Shown: positions 1 through 11,790 of the stretch, one piece after another | How the letters are laid out: every line of letters starts with the position of its first letter | Position numbering within the stretch: the first letter of the stretch is position 1 | NCBI RefSeq assembly: GCF_000981445.1 | Contig: NC_027219.1 | Coordinates: 558,001-622,000 of the forward strand | DNA from: Babesia bigemina | Taxonomy: Eukaryota | DNA length: 64,000 nucleotides | Direction of reading: 5' to 3' | The notes under the pieces: model-generated | The model's input: the letters and a program-made list of their open reading frames with translations, nothing else | What the model was told of the DNA's origin: nothing | Database searches by the model: none | Program-made: the position numbers and the translations under genes

Positions 1-2403
1 CGCCTACGGGAGATCGATGAAAGAGAAGTTTATTTATCTGATCCAACAACGTCATTGGTTGACGAAATATCTAAAATAGGGAAGGGCTTGGGTGTGGTAT
101 TCTTGCGCAGAGGCCTTAATCATCAATTACTGCAAGGCTGTGGAAGTCGTCCCTCGAAACTCTTTGCTCCAGATAATGACGTGACTGTAGACCATGTCAC
201 TGGCACACGTTCTTGTGTAGTTAATCCTATGTCGACATTACGTACTGGTTTCGTTTGCAAGGGCAGAATAGAACCGAACGATTGCATGAAATACCTCCTG
301 TACGAAGACAGAGTGGTAGCTGCTCCTCGACCATATTTGTATCGTTATTTTAATACCCATAAGCCTTGGGTTGTAGCTAGATATTTTAATGACGTAGCAT
401 TACCCCGCTTCAACGGCGAATGTCGATGCATAGATCCTGAGACTGGTCACGTGAAGGCAAGGATGGAGATTCGTTGGAAAACTGAATACGTTTGTGACAT
501 AGCTAGCATAATTGCCCGTAACAGGTTCAAGCCTATTCGTGGCCCCTGGTGTTCAGTGATGCTACATCCGGGTGCTACGTTGACCATAAAGTTGCCCAAA
601 CAGATAGTCAAGTCGGCTGCTGCTGACTCGGAATTCGAAGAAGACGGCGACATTGAAGAGGATGCTTCCACAGCCGCATTGTCGCAAATGCCGTCTATCC
701 ACGAATACGAAACTGAATTCAAGCCGGACACGTCATTGACGCTACGTCAACTACAAACAATTCATGACATCGATCTTTACGACGAAATCTTGATCCACGA
801 AGCATTTACTGGCGACGTGCTCGAGGTAGATGTTTCACAAATGGAGAGAGGAGAGGTGAAGCTGAAGTACCGTATGGACAGACCTCTGGCGTTACGAAAA
901 GGATACAACTCGTTCTTATATCACTGGACATTCATATCTAGAAACGAATATGTTCTTGAAAAGATACGCGCTGTGGTGAACGTCTCATTTGCGCCTAGTT
1001 ATCGCTACAAAATTGTTGGTTGTGACCGATGTAGACCAGGTATGTTTCATTCGGCAAGTGATTTTGACTTCCTTACAATTAAAGAGATAGGTTATGGTGT
1101 GGGGGAAACATCTGAATGGGTGTTAAATGTCAGGAGTGGCGAGAAACAAGCCGGCATTCGATGCGGACACAATGAGGAACTGTTTCCAAACAATTGCGAG
1201 TCCACACTATACGATCTTTCCTCCAATCAGATTACGCCATTCCCTACATCTGTGCGCAATGTCACACTTTACCCCGTTCGAGGATTTCAGGTATTCGAGA
1301 TGAGCTTCCAAAATGTGCCCGTCAGTCACGCTTGCAGTTGTGTCGATGAACATGGATACGAGACATCTAGGCTAATTTTGAGATCCAACCGTCGTGAGGA
1401 GTATGAGTATACAGTAAGTCGTGAAGAGGCAAATCAAAGATTGCTGCCTTACTCATTACTGCCATGGAGTGAGGTGGCATTCTTATACGGCGATCGCACT
1501 CCTATGCAATCAATTACGCTACACAACATGCCACAGAGGCCTATAAAACTACATTCGGGCACAGAATTCATCATGCGATGTGTTATGGATCACGCGTTGT
1601 ACAACGGTGGGAATAATGCCGTCGGACCACCTACCTGGTTACCACATTTTCCAATATACTACCATTACAAAGTATATACTACGGCAGAAGGAGATAGATT
1701 GATTAAAAAGCCACACGACGAGAGAATAGCTGGCACAAGAGGTGGATTCAAAGTCATTCTGTCAGATTATACGGACGAATATTTCGATTTTAGAATCAAA
1801 TCCGATAGCGGCGCAATTTTGGTATCCACGGATCCAGATCACTCGGAATACGTGCCGATGACGTTCGTTTGCGGTAAGGAGCTATCAGAATCAGATTTTG
1901 GTCAAATCAACGATGAAGAAGCTGCAGCTGCTATTCCCCCGCCTGTAGCACCGTTAGAGGAATACACGTGGAACGTAATTCAAATTGACGTAGAGATGAC
2001 GGACCCCTACATGCAAGGGTGCGGCGTTACGTACGGATCAGATAAGCTTTTCAAACCTGAGACACCCAAACTCTACGATTCTATTGGACGACAACGGATC
2101 GGTTGCACGATCTACCTTCAAGCCGCTAAAGAAGCGGCGTTCTACTGCCCAGCTCCTTACGTCCGGGACCCACCCGGTTGCTTCGACCAGGTCTACGTCG
2201 ATGCTGAACTGAAGAACTTGAGTGACATCAGTCAGTCCTTGGAAGTATCGCACACTAATCATTTTGTCACACTGAAGTTAAACAGCGAACTCGTAGGACC
2301 ATACGAGACCCTGCGCCAGAACCCGCCGTTGGAGTGCCGATGTGTCACCATCAAGGGCATCGTGCTGTCTACCATCCAGATCGAGAACTACTACGCCAAG
2401 TAA
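1..2403 (+). CDS. Multi-domain 6-Cys (s48/45-like) family protein, 5'-truncated by the window edge
   Basis: Frame is open from base 1. Repeated Cys-spaced modules GC...C...(G/A)FxC...P..C...CxC occur, e.g. LQGCGS..SCVV..GFVC..PNDC..ECRC and MQGCGV..IGCT..AFYCPAPY..PPGCF..LECRCV. Ends IENYYAK with no hydrophobic tail. Confidence 0.75.
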   Translation, partial: RLREIDEREVYLSDPTTSLVDEISKIGKGLGVVFLRRGLNHQLLQGCGSRPSKLFAPDNDVTVDHVTGTRSCVVNPMSTLRTGFVCKGRIEPNDCMKYLLYEDRVVAAPRPYLYRYFNTHKPWVVARYFNDVALPRFNGECRCIDPETGHVKARMEIRWKTEYVCDIASIIARNRFKPIRGPWCSVMLHPGATLTIKLPKQIVKSAAADSEFEEDGDIEEDASTAALSQMPSIHEYETEFKPDTSLTLRQLQTIHDIDLYDEILIHEAFTGDVLEVDVSQMERGEVKLKYRMDRPLALRKGYNSFLYHWTFISRNEYVLEKIRAVVNVSFAPSYRYKIVGCDRCRPGMFHSASDFDFLTIKEIGYGVGETSEWVLNVRSGEKQAGIRCGHNEELFPNNCESTLYDLSSNQITPFPTSVRNVTLYPVRGFQVFEMSFQNVPVSHACSCVDEHGYETSRLILRSNRREEYEYTVSREEANQRLLPYSLLPWSEVAFLYGDRTPMQSITLHNMPQRPIKLHSGTEFIMRCVMDHALYNGGNNAVGPPTWLPHFPIYYHYKVYTTAEGDRLIKKPHDERIAGTRGGFKVILSDYTDEYFDFRIKSDSGAILVSTDPDHSEYVPMTFVCGKELSESDFGQINDEEAAAAIPPPVAPLEEYTWNVIQIDVEMTDPYMQGCGVTYGSDKLFKPETPKLYDSIGRQRIGCTIYLQAAKEAAFYCPAPYVRDPPGCFDQVYVDAELKNLSDISQSLEVSHTNHFVTLKLNSELVGPYETLRQNPPLECRCVTIKGIVLSTIQIENYYAK

Positions 2404-4199
2404 TTGGTAACCATGGTTTGATAACTCGTTTGTCAATCACAGAGTTTAATTGTCATAGTGCATGTTGGTAGTTACATTAGTTTGTGTCTCCAGTGGCATC
2501 ATAGGTTTTTGTTGAAATTACTGTGGTTGCCAATTCAGTATCATTTTTTGTGTTTATCAAATCTGTGTGAAGTATTGTGCCTGCTTGTTGGAATTAAATT
2601 CAAATACGTCTCACCAAGTCTTGGTCGTTCAGTTGGTGCAAGAGAGTTACGAGAGGTGGGATGCAGGCATTTTCATGAATTGTCACCATTTAGAAAATAG
2701 ACAACGCCTTTAATACGTGACAATGAGTATTACTCGGCACGTAGTGTCGGACGTTATTTATTTCACAAATCTTGGCAAGCAACCACCACCAGGCACCTTG
2801 CTGTGTTGGATCATCGGTGATGAGACACAAGAATGGTTTAGTATAATCATTAATTGTTCACAGCGCACATCATAAGATGTTACATAATGTAAAAGTGAAT
2901 CATATCTGACCATTCCGAAACAACGGGTTTAGGTCTTACCGGAGCCAGCAACGTACCTCACAGCGGGATGGGAAAGCACGATGTGACTAACAATGGGATG
3001 TTTTGTACCAGGAATGAGACGAAGATGTGCGAAATTGAGTTAGTGACGGAAGTCAGTGGCATAGGCTCCAAGACGGTCGGTTCAATGAGGAGTTAGATCA
3101 CGTTAGAATTTGGATGAGGCTTTTTGTCGGAATCAGTACATTTGTTCTAACTTCATGACTATTCGGAAGCTGAACGTTGTACATAAGAGTGTTTGTAAAG
3201 ATTGATAGGGTTATCTAGTCAACTGGTTTGCCGTGTTTTGGGGTGGGCCTAATGCTCCTAACAGGTGGTAGGTAAACACTAGCGAGAGGTTGACCGGTCT
3301 ACTCTACCTTTCCCAGTTTACAAAGACATGACACTGACAATCAAATACTTAGTATGGAAATGATTGCTGGGGTCTATAAAATATAGTAATTTGTCCGGTC
3401 AGAGGATGGATGACACCTAGTTTGGAAGGGTCAGAGGTCATACTAATTGTGGTAAATATTCAGATATACAGTTGCCTTGATGCACATACGTGACACTCCA
3501 AATGTGAAAATAACGACAAACGAGAAATGGAATAGCACGGCGCTGCAATTTGTTGAAATGCAAGCTTATCTGCACTGCTGGGAAGCATCGCTGGTAGGAT
3601 GGAGCCAGCCGCAATTCAGGAACCCTTTATGTTGGTACAGTTTATATAATGTTGGACTCTGTTAGACTGTCTGACACGTACTCGAGAGGTAACACTTATG
3701 GGAATGGCATATGCGGATTAAAATTGGGCCTATATAGCTCACATCAGAGCATTGATTCAAGTGCTAATAGCGCAAGCACATAAATAGACACCGCTTTGTT
3801 GCATTTGACGCACTAGCACTGGAGATTATTGTGGAATGTACTGCGCAACACGTCGCGATAACGGCTGAGAACATGTGTATATGCGGGCAGGCGCATTCAC
3901 ATCGTAATGCGCAGCCGTTGAGTCGATAAACGCTCGACACGAAAAGCTACTGTAAACGTGCAAAGTAGAAAACTATCGTGATAATCCGCCAGGCAGTACA
4001 CGGAGTGTCTGCATTCATCATCGGGTGATTAATGTGTTCATAACGAACAAGCCGCTATACACGACTTAGGCTCTCTATAACGCTCCTGGTAAACCATCGC
4101 TGCATTTAAACTATTATGCGTCACCTAAAATTTTCCCAACACCTCTAGCACCAACGTGGGTCGCCTTGCCTGAGACTTGTCTATGCCTGACTCGCAAAC

Positions 4200-4207
4200 T
4201 GCATGCA
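4200..4207. promoter_or_regulatory. TGCATGCA palindrome, candidate ApiAP2 site upstream of the ves-like gene
   Basis: Exact octamer ~260 bp upstream of the ATG at 4461, with an ACACACAC tract at ~4415-4422. Function is inferred only. Confidence 0.3.
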
Positions 4208-4460
4208 ACGTTAATTGCACACATTGGTTTAAGACACGACACCTTTGTCACAATTGCATCTTCATAATCCACACGTCCGGTGTATATTAAACTTTATATA
4301 TTTTAATTAAACACATATATTCGAAAGCTGTGGCTTTTGTGCTTGTCCGCCAATAAGACGCAGCTGTTTACATACAAGGTCAGCTTTATAAAAGGGCCTT
4401 CAAATAGACAGACAACACACACGTTCGTTCAAGCCGCCTAAACAAACGCTTTATTACAAA

Positions 4461-5246
4461 ATGGTGCACAAGTCGTTGACCGACCTCCCTCGCAACCTCA
4501 AGGAAGGTATTGACTGGCTGTTGGCCGTGAAGGGAGATGATGGTGAAAGCAACTTGAAGGCCCTGGGAGCAGCAGTTTACGACTTTCTCGCACAGCAACC
4601 TCTTGCCTTGACGAATGTACCATCTCTTGAGAATATAAAACTTATTTCTATGGGGTTCATGTGGAACAAGGAGCTAAGGGACTTGTGGCCCGCCAACGTG
4701 ATGCTCGGGAAATTCATTCATTCTGCGGATAAAAAGGCCGATGAACTGGCGGATACTATGGGCACCAGGCCTGAGAAAGTTGCAGCGAACATAGGTACAA
4801 TTGTGCATGGTGTCGAGAAGTTCTTGGACGATATTAAGCACCCTGCCCAGTACAAGTCTGCTTACGGCCACAAAGCGACGTGGGACAGATCATGTGCGAA
4901 AAACCCGGAAGATTGCGCAGCGATCTTTGTAGGGATTGCTCCTATGCTATACGTAGGCCTAGAATCATTGAGGGATGCGAGCGAATCTGCAAGCGGTGCA
5001 TTCTTAAGTGATGAAATTTCTACGAGGCGTTTCAGAAGGGTATTTAAGGCCATGGGCTACAGGAAGCGCAGGCTGCGCCCTAACATCGGTGGTCCAGATT
5101 TCCTCAAGGCGCTGAGCAATGTGCAGAAGGATGTATTGTCCATACTCGATGATGTGTCTGGATTTGATGATCCTGATTCCGCATTGGACGGGAAGTCTAA
5201 GGCCGACTCAATATTGAACGATTTTGGCTCGTGGCCTAAATACTAG
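4461..5246 (+). CDS. Short VESA1/ves-related variant family protein (261 aa, intronless)
   Basis: N-terminus SLTDLPRNLKEGIDWLL matches the Babesia VESA1 N-terminal signature (SLT..P.NLKEAIDW.L). Also has YKSAY..ATW..C....CA.IF.G..PMLY.GL, typical of this family. Confidence 0.75.
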   Translation: MVHKSLTDLPRNLKEGIDWLLAVKGDDGESNLKALGAAVYDFLAQQPLALTNVPSLENIKLISMGFMWNKELRDLWPANVMLGKFIHSADKKADELADTMGTRPEKVAANIGTIVHGVEKFLDDIKHPAQYKSAYGHKATWDRSCAKNPEDCAAIFVGIAPMLYVGLESLRDASESASGAFLSDEISTRRFRRVFKAMGYRKRRLRPNIGGPDFLKALSNVQKDVLSILDDVSGFDDPDSALDGKSKADSILNDFGSWPKY

Positions 5247-6631
5247 TTGTAATACAAACACTGACGATGCATGCCTAATTTTTTTTTAACGTAGTTATAG
5301 ACATTTGTGTATAGAGTATTCAACTGCTGTGGCGCCAGCAGATGAGAAAATACAGTTCTTGGCGTCACAGTTTCTATTAAGTACGCTATGCGAGGGGTCG
5401 CCTCTTCGAGTTATGGGATGATAGCCGTGCAATGATGGCTTCATCTGTACATCCGCAGTTTGTGAATCACGCTATATACCTTTTTATGCCACACCTGGCC
5501 TTTGGTATGTTCGCACAGCCGTGCGGAAAGTAGTTAAAATGCCTGTTATGGTAATGCAGAGCACCTGTTGAGTGCAGATCACAATAATGCCTGTACCTTA
5601 AATTGTATAACAGCGCGATTCTAAGTAGTACCACCTCTATTGAGTTAGAGTGCTATTGTTTAGCGCCAGTGTTGCGTAGAATACTTTCTTTTTTATTGCC
5701 GCAGGTCTGCCATCTAACGACGTGATTCGTCGACTTTTGTTTCTACTAAGTCCCGACTAGACGGCAGTCCCGTGGGAACAACGGTGTGTCTAAGCCGTCA
5801 CTGCCATCGTTCCATGCACGACTAAAGATGGCGAGACAATCATTGCTCTAGCAATACATTCATTTTCAGGGCCACGCCGACACATTATACAAAGTTATGT
5901 TTTCGATACGGGATGCGTTACTAGATCGCCTGGACACCCTGGCACATTTACCAATAATATTGTAGATGGAATGATATACGAGGGCATGGGTATTGACGGC
6001 TACCCCGCCTTGGATTCAAAGGCCATTTTGTAGTGAGACTAAACGGATGCGAATGATTGATACCGCAGAAACTACATTTTATCGATGTGGTAGGGTAGGT
6101 CCTCATATGATGTCTCTACTTCGGGATTATGAATCCGTACAAAAAATGCTTCCTATATTTTTCCTAGCATGTACAAGCCCCAAGTCACTAGTCCATCATA
6201 TCCCCACCTATACATCATAAAGTTGTGCAACGGTAACCATGCGAGTGTAACCTTCCCCCCATATCGTAAATCTTGATTACACTGTTCATATATAAACACA
6301 AAACAAGTGCGATGAAGTGGCATTTACGCCTCCCAAGTCGTGTTGGGAGACCTATGAATTGGATGTTTCCTCATTATTTGTAATTATACTGATTCATCAA
6401 GTTGCAGTGATGCTACTGTGTTCGTTTAGACAGTCTGGTTCGATACGAATAGCTACGACAGACAAAAATAAAAATGTGTTGCGTTTTCGGAGAACATGGT
6501 GGATCCTATAAATGGAGCAAACAAACGTGCCAGACGGAGACACAACCCTGACCGAGTAGGGGGGGCAGGTGAAGTATAGGCCAAGTCATTTAGATCTGGA
6601 TCATACGAAATACTCAGCATTAGCTCCTTAT

Positions 6632-9100
6632 TCACGTTGATGCGCTTGGTGGCGATGTTGGTGGTCCAAACAGCTTTTTCCGCCCTTTGGTGTATACCCT
6701 TCGGAATGTGCAAACCTATTTCCACATCACATACCTTGTATCAATGGGATCGAATCCTTGCTCTTTTGAACCGAAGAGTGCCCATTCCGGCGTCTCTATC
6801 GAGTACTCGACGCCGTGGAACTCTCGCCCACTTGTTGCCTGTTTCCAGATGGGATACTGAGAAAAAATAGATACCAGTTCGTGAAATTTGTCGTAGTCGA
6901 TCCACGTGTGCCATTTCCCGTCTACACAGAAACTGCGAAAAATGCGACAAAGCGCCATTTTGCTGATCTAACCTTTTTTTCGCAACAAGAACACAACACG
7001 AGTGACGGTGCTCACAGGCAATGGCGTAGTTCTCCCGTGTGAACGGTGAAGCGTCCACGAGTGCTGCCGCGTATTGTATCACCTGACCATGAGATATATT
7101 GGCCACATCACTCTTACTTCGTCATGCCATGGAACGTTTTCCATTGTGATAGCATTATCGTGCACGGTTCCGCAGAAAGTCACCGCTTTTATTTCGATGA
7201 AATCGGGCTCACCCAGTTCAATGAGCCGACCGTAGTTTCCGATTTCATCTCTTTGTTCCTAAACGGGATCAGGTGAATCTCATTCATCGCATACCGTTAT
7301 ATTGAAATGCTTCACCAGCGTCAGCCGGAAAACCGTTCGTTCCTTTCTCTGCTTGAGCAGCTTTATGCAGCGGTTGAATCTTGCCCAGAAATCTCGGAAG
7401 AGGGGACGGTCTGTATGTAATGCGCCAAGAGCGTCATCAGTTCCTACCAATTTTTTTGAGACTCGTTTCGTCCGCCGCATCGATGGACAGGTAGAGCTGC
7501 GTTACCTGCCGGAGACCCTCCATAGCTTTTGGAAACTGGGCATTGGTGACCAAGAAAGACGATATGTTTCTCTGATGCAGCTCCAGAAGGAGCTCGTTGA
7601 TGAGCGGGTACATGATAGGTTCTCCTACGAGCGAAAGGGCACAGTGCCGCACTTGCATGGCTTCTTTAAGCCTATCACTTTTGGTATCAAATATACCTGA
7701 CACATCCATGACACAGTTGAGTGAACCGTACCTCTCAGCTCCTTGATCAATCGCAAATGCGCCTTGACTGATTCCTCAGCCAGGAAATCTGGGTCATCTA
7801 TGGTCCCCTTCCAACGAGTCAATGCTGGGTTAGTGTGGTGTCTCCAGCAGAATACGCATTTGTTAGCACAGGCTAGGCTGGGAGTCATTTCCATGCACTG
7901 GTTGGATTTGATGCCATAGAATGTGTGCTTGTAACAGCCTCCATGGCCACGAACACGCGCTTTTGTCCAACGGCATAGTTTTATGGCGCTATGTTCGCCG
8001 ATGAGTTTGTAGCCCTGCTTGGTGAGTGACTGTCGCTGCGTCTCGGTGACCATCTTTCCCCCATCCAGAGCCACGTTTTCGATGTCAGATTCCGCCATGC
8101 ATCCTGCTACTTGCACCGTGTTTGTATTCTCTTCTTCGTCAGAAGTGTAGTCGTCGGCTTGCGAGGAACTTCCGTTAAGTGCATCATTGCAGTGGCACGT
8201 GCCCTGGTCACCCCCTGCTTCGCAACACTTTGTATTGCTTGAAGTGTCATTCCCCGGATGGCCATTTGGAGTTGCTGTATGACCTGACCGACAACACGTA
8301 TGCGCTGCGGCATTTAACGTCACGTAAGATGATGTTTTTTGGTGGCCCCCTCCAGGCGAGGAGTCAGACCCTCGATGGCGGTGAAGTTCAGGGCGCCCTT
8401 CAGAAGGCACACTAAGTGCATGCTGTCCCGATATATCGCCAACATAGTTGACATTAGACTCGTTACGGGTTGCGGCGAAGTTGATAGCGTCCCATGCCTC
8501 GCTGACTAGGTTGGTAAATGTGACAATTTGTCCGATGTCAGTCGGGCCAAAACACAATGTATCTCTCAAGATTATATGTGCACCTAGAGCTTCCATTGAA
8601 TTCTCTAATGCGATTACAGCATCGATCACCTCCCTGCTCGGGTGCCCATCGTTTGCCGTGTTGGCTGTGCCCGCGTCAGATCTGCAGGCAACCACCGTGC
8701 AGCACAACCCTTTAAGTAGTGTCTTGCTGATCCTAAAGTCTGCGAGCCACTCTTGAAGCGTAACCAAGATATTGTCGAGCGCTGGTGCGCGTACCTTGCT
8801 GTCCACAACCAGTACCAGAGTGGTGAGAGCCGGTGAATCTCTACAACCTTGTTTTCCTCTGCATATGTCCACGAGGGTACAGGCTATATCTTCATTGGCT
8901 TCGGAGTTCGTATACGCATTTGATTTGCTGACTTCATAGCGCTGTCTATCGAGCAGTGTTTCAAGTCGGACCGACTGACACTGCACGCCGATGCTTGCAA
9001 ACTCATGCTTTACGATGGAAGACAGCCCGGCGCAAGCGTCATTGCCACAGTCGTCGCCTTCATACGCTAGGGTGACCGATGCAGCCGTTATCGCGTCCAT
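6632..9100 (-). CDS. TYW1: tRNA wybutosine-synthesizing protein 1 (radical SAM), multi-exon
   Basis: GYKLIGEHSAIKLCRWTK, GGCYKHTFYGI, TPSLACANKCVFCWRH (CxxxCxxC), HCALSLVGEP, PDFIEIKAVTFCG, CEHRHSCCVL. GT-AG introns include 7697-7731 and 7411-7447. Last exon VYTKGRKKLFG...ST*. Confidence 0.93.
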
Positions 9101-9192
9101 TAGACGACCTTCTCCGTTGGTCGAGCTTGCCAGGAGCTAATTTGCCTGTCTATCAGGTGTGTATGCATCAGTTTCCACTGCCAAACTTTGTA

Positions 9193-11400
9193 ATGAAAAA
9201 TGCAGGCTTCATTTCATTAGTATTTTTTTCACTTTTCTCTGATCTCGTGGACTCTATTGCCGTGCGAGATAAGAATCCATGTGCAGCCCCGACCTTGGCG
9301 TTACGACTAACGCCGCAGCTCTTCATCACTCGACACAGAAGAGCACTCGAAGCTTGCTACACATGTAATCCGCAGCGTTTGCCCATCCGGCTTCACGGCA
9401 GCCGCCGAGCTGGGCGGCTGCGAATCCGGGCGCTGAACCCGGAGAAGGCTGAGCTACATCCCGAGTCGCTGAGCGGTGTTGAGCCATCGGTTACCGCAGA
9501 ACGCATTGATGAGCTCAAACGCAAGGGCATCATTGAAGGCGAGAGCCACACGTGGAGGAATTGGCATGTAGTCACCCAGGGTACGGCGGCCGGTAGCGAC
9601 GTTCATCTTGCTCAGGGCAATGGCCAGACATCGGCCAACCGGTACTTCCCAAGTCGGCGCGGAATCCGTCGATAACGGAGCCCTATGCTCTGCGCAAGCC
9701 GCTGGAGTATTGGGGTTTTTTGCGCGGCGTGGTAGGTGCTTCGCTAACTGCGCCGACTTCGTGCAGGATACGAACATCACCTCCTATCCGCTGGTTTGGG
9801 AGTTCTACAACGACACCTACGGAAAGGTTGACGTAGCTGCATATGGCGGCAGCAACCCCCTGTACACCCCGTCGATGTTCCAGCCGACGTGGTTTATGGA
9901 GGAGGACCGTGGCGGCCTGGGCTACAATGACTGCAGGATCTTTGGCGGCTGGATCGGCCTGGACCTCGACTCACCTACTAAGGTGAAAACCGCTAGCGAG
10001 CTCATCTCTATCCCCGACACCGGTACTTTGAATTCATGCAGTTGGTCATACACCTCCAGGCCGGCTCTACCAAAAGTTTTACCTCGGTCCATATCCAATC
10101 ACCATGGGCTGGACTATAGGCTCATTGCTGAAGGTGTTGACCCTGTCTCGTAGCCCTGGCCACGGCGTTGTTGCCGTTAAAATTCACAACATGCGGGAAG
10201 ACACTACCATCCCTGGCGTAGTGGACGATCTGCTGAATATCGCACTTAATTTGAATGGGGTGAGCACCTTGATTGTGGTCACCATATGCTGTCAGGTAGC
10301 GCTGGAGACGCTAAAACCGGGTGAGGAGGCGCGCGTACGCATGCTGCTTCGTGGCCCTGCTATGGTGTGCGCGGGAAGTCTCGAATGGCCATCGTTTGTG
10401 CGGGTTGCGTCACCAGACACGTACATCGCGAAGATCGAAGAGGGCGGCGAACTTGATATAGAGCTGAAAATCGAATGGGGCCGGGGGGTCTGGCTTGCTG
10501 ACGATAAAGGTATGAAATTCACCCGTGCGCTCACCCCGTGCAGGTCTGTACCGTCAGGAGGAGGGCGCAGACGGTGTGTGCATGAAGCGCCGTTGGATAA
10601 AAGAAGTCCAGGAAGAGGGTTTTTACCCTATGACAACTTTCTTCGGCGGGTGTCGCATGGTTCGATTGGCTGTGCACAAACTGCTCGGCCAACGCTGGGA
10701 CATAATCTCCAACTCGTGCCCCGACCCACGCGAGCAACTCGTGGTGGAGGTGTGGACGGACCGTTCCACCACCCCGAAAGCAGCGTTGGAGTTCGGTTTG
10801 CTGGAGAGCCTTGCGTGGCTGAGGGAGCTCAAGCGGCAGCTGTCGCAGGACGTAGATTTTGACGGCGAGGACGAGCAACTGCGTGACACATGGGAGAAGA
10901 TCGACAAGTATCAGGCTCTTCAGCACCGTCAAGACTTGATGGGTGGCCCTCCCGTGTACAACTTGCACGAATTGAATCTGTCGCCTCCGGTGAAAGAGTC
11001 TGACTGCGAGTACATTGGTACCCCCGACGACGTCAAGGAGATACCGCAGGCCCCGTACTCCCTGCCGAAGATTCCACCCAATCGACCACAGAAGGACACG
11101 CTTGAGTGGCTGGCCGACGAGCTGCAGGTGGAGGAGTACACCGATCCTTCTCCCATTAACGCGCGGAACTTCGAGAAATTCACTAGCCCGCCCGAGGACG
11201 CAGCTGCCGCCGTCGACGTCTCCGTGCTCCCAGTCGCGCCCGAAGTCATTGCGTCGTTGCGCATGTGCGGATTTAATAATGTAGGGGACATGGTCTCGCT
11301 GTCATCCTCGGAGCTGGAACGCTACCCCGACGTATCTCCCGAGGATGCCGAGCGGATTGTGGCGTTCATCAGGACCAACCTGAAACTCCAGCCTCCATGA
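9193..11400 (+). CDS. rpoA: Nucleus-encoded, apicoplast-type (bacterial-like) RNA polymerase alpha subunit, multi-exon
   Basis: Signal-peptide-like MKNAGFISLVFFSLF followed by a basic transit-like segment. RpoA motifs KFYLGP..MGWTIG..L, TTIPGVVDDLLNIALNL, ELKIEWGRG, EQLVVEVWTD.STTPK.AL, and an alpha-CTD-like end SLRMCGFNNVGDMV. Confidence 0.85.
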
Positions 11401-11790
11401 CGTGGCGCGCTAGGGCATTTTAATGTACACATACCAATATGTAAATCACACCATGCCGCCACGTGTATCTCTGGCGATGCACTCATGCCCACGATTCGTG
11501 AACAGATGAACACATTTACATTCCCCAACTGTGTGGGTGGTTTGTCGCTGGGCTCTATGAAGAAAACCCGAAATGTCTGGCAATCACTACGATGCCGCCC
11601 TCATGCGTGGACGCCACTAACTTTGAATGTTAATTCGCGTCCAAACGTTTTATCCATTGCGTGAACGCGCACCACACAGTTATGCAAACTGAATTCGCAG
11701 CGCGGAGTAGTTGGAATCATCGCGGTATTCCACGCATAACCTTGGACCTGAAACTAGCTCATACTACATTGTTTGAAGTTACAACGGCGG

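Noticed and set aside
2925..2933. gggtttagg, a telomere-repeat-like word
   Set aside because: Single copy with no array; expected by chance.
2458..3665. Short ORFs in the spacer after the 6-Cys gene; possible retroelement remnant
   Set aside because: No RT, integrase or transposase motifs and no terminal repeats were seen. The ORFs are short with non-ATG starts.
5993..6511. Short ORFs downstream of the ves-like gene
   Set aside because: No coherent exon chain or family similarity found.
9193..11400. Bacterial-like genes (rpoA, DUF760, bL32, SpoU) as contamination or recent HGT
   Set aside because: They have organelle-targeting leaders, most have spliceosomal introns, and they are embedded among nuclear genes, consistent with endosymbiotic origin.
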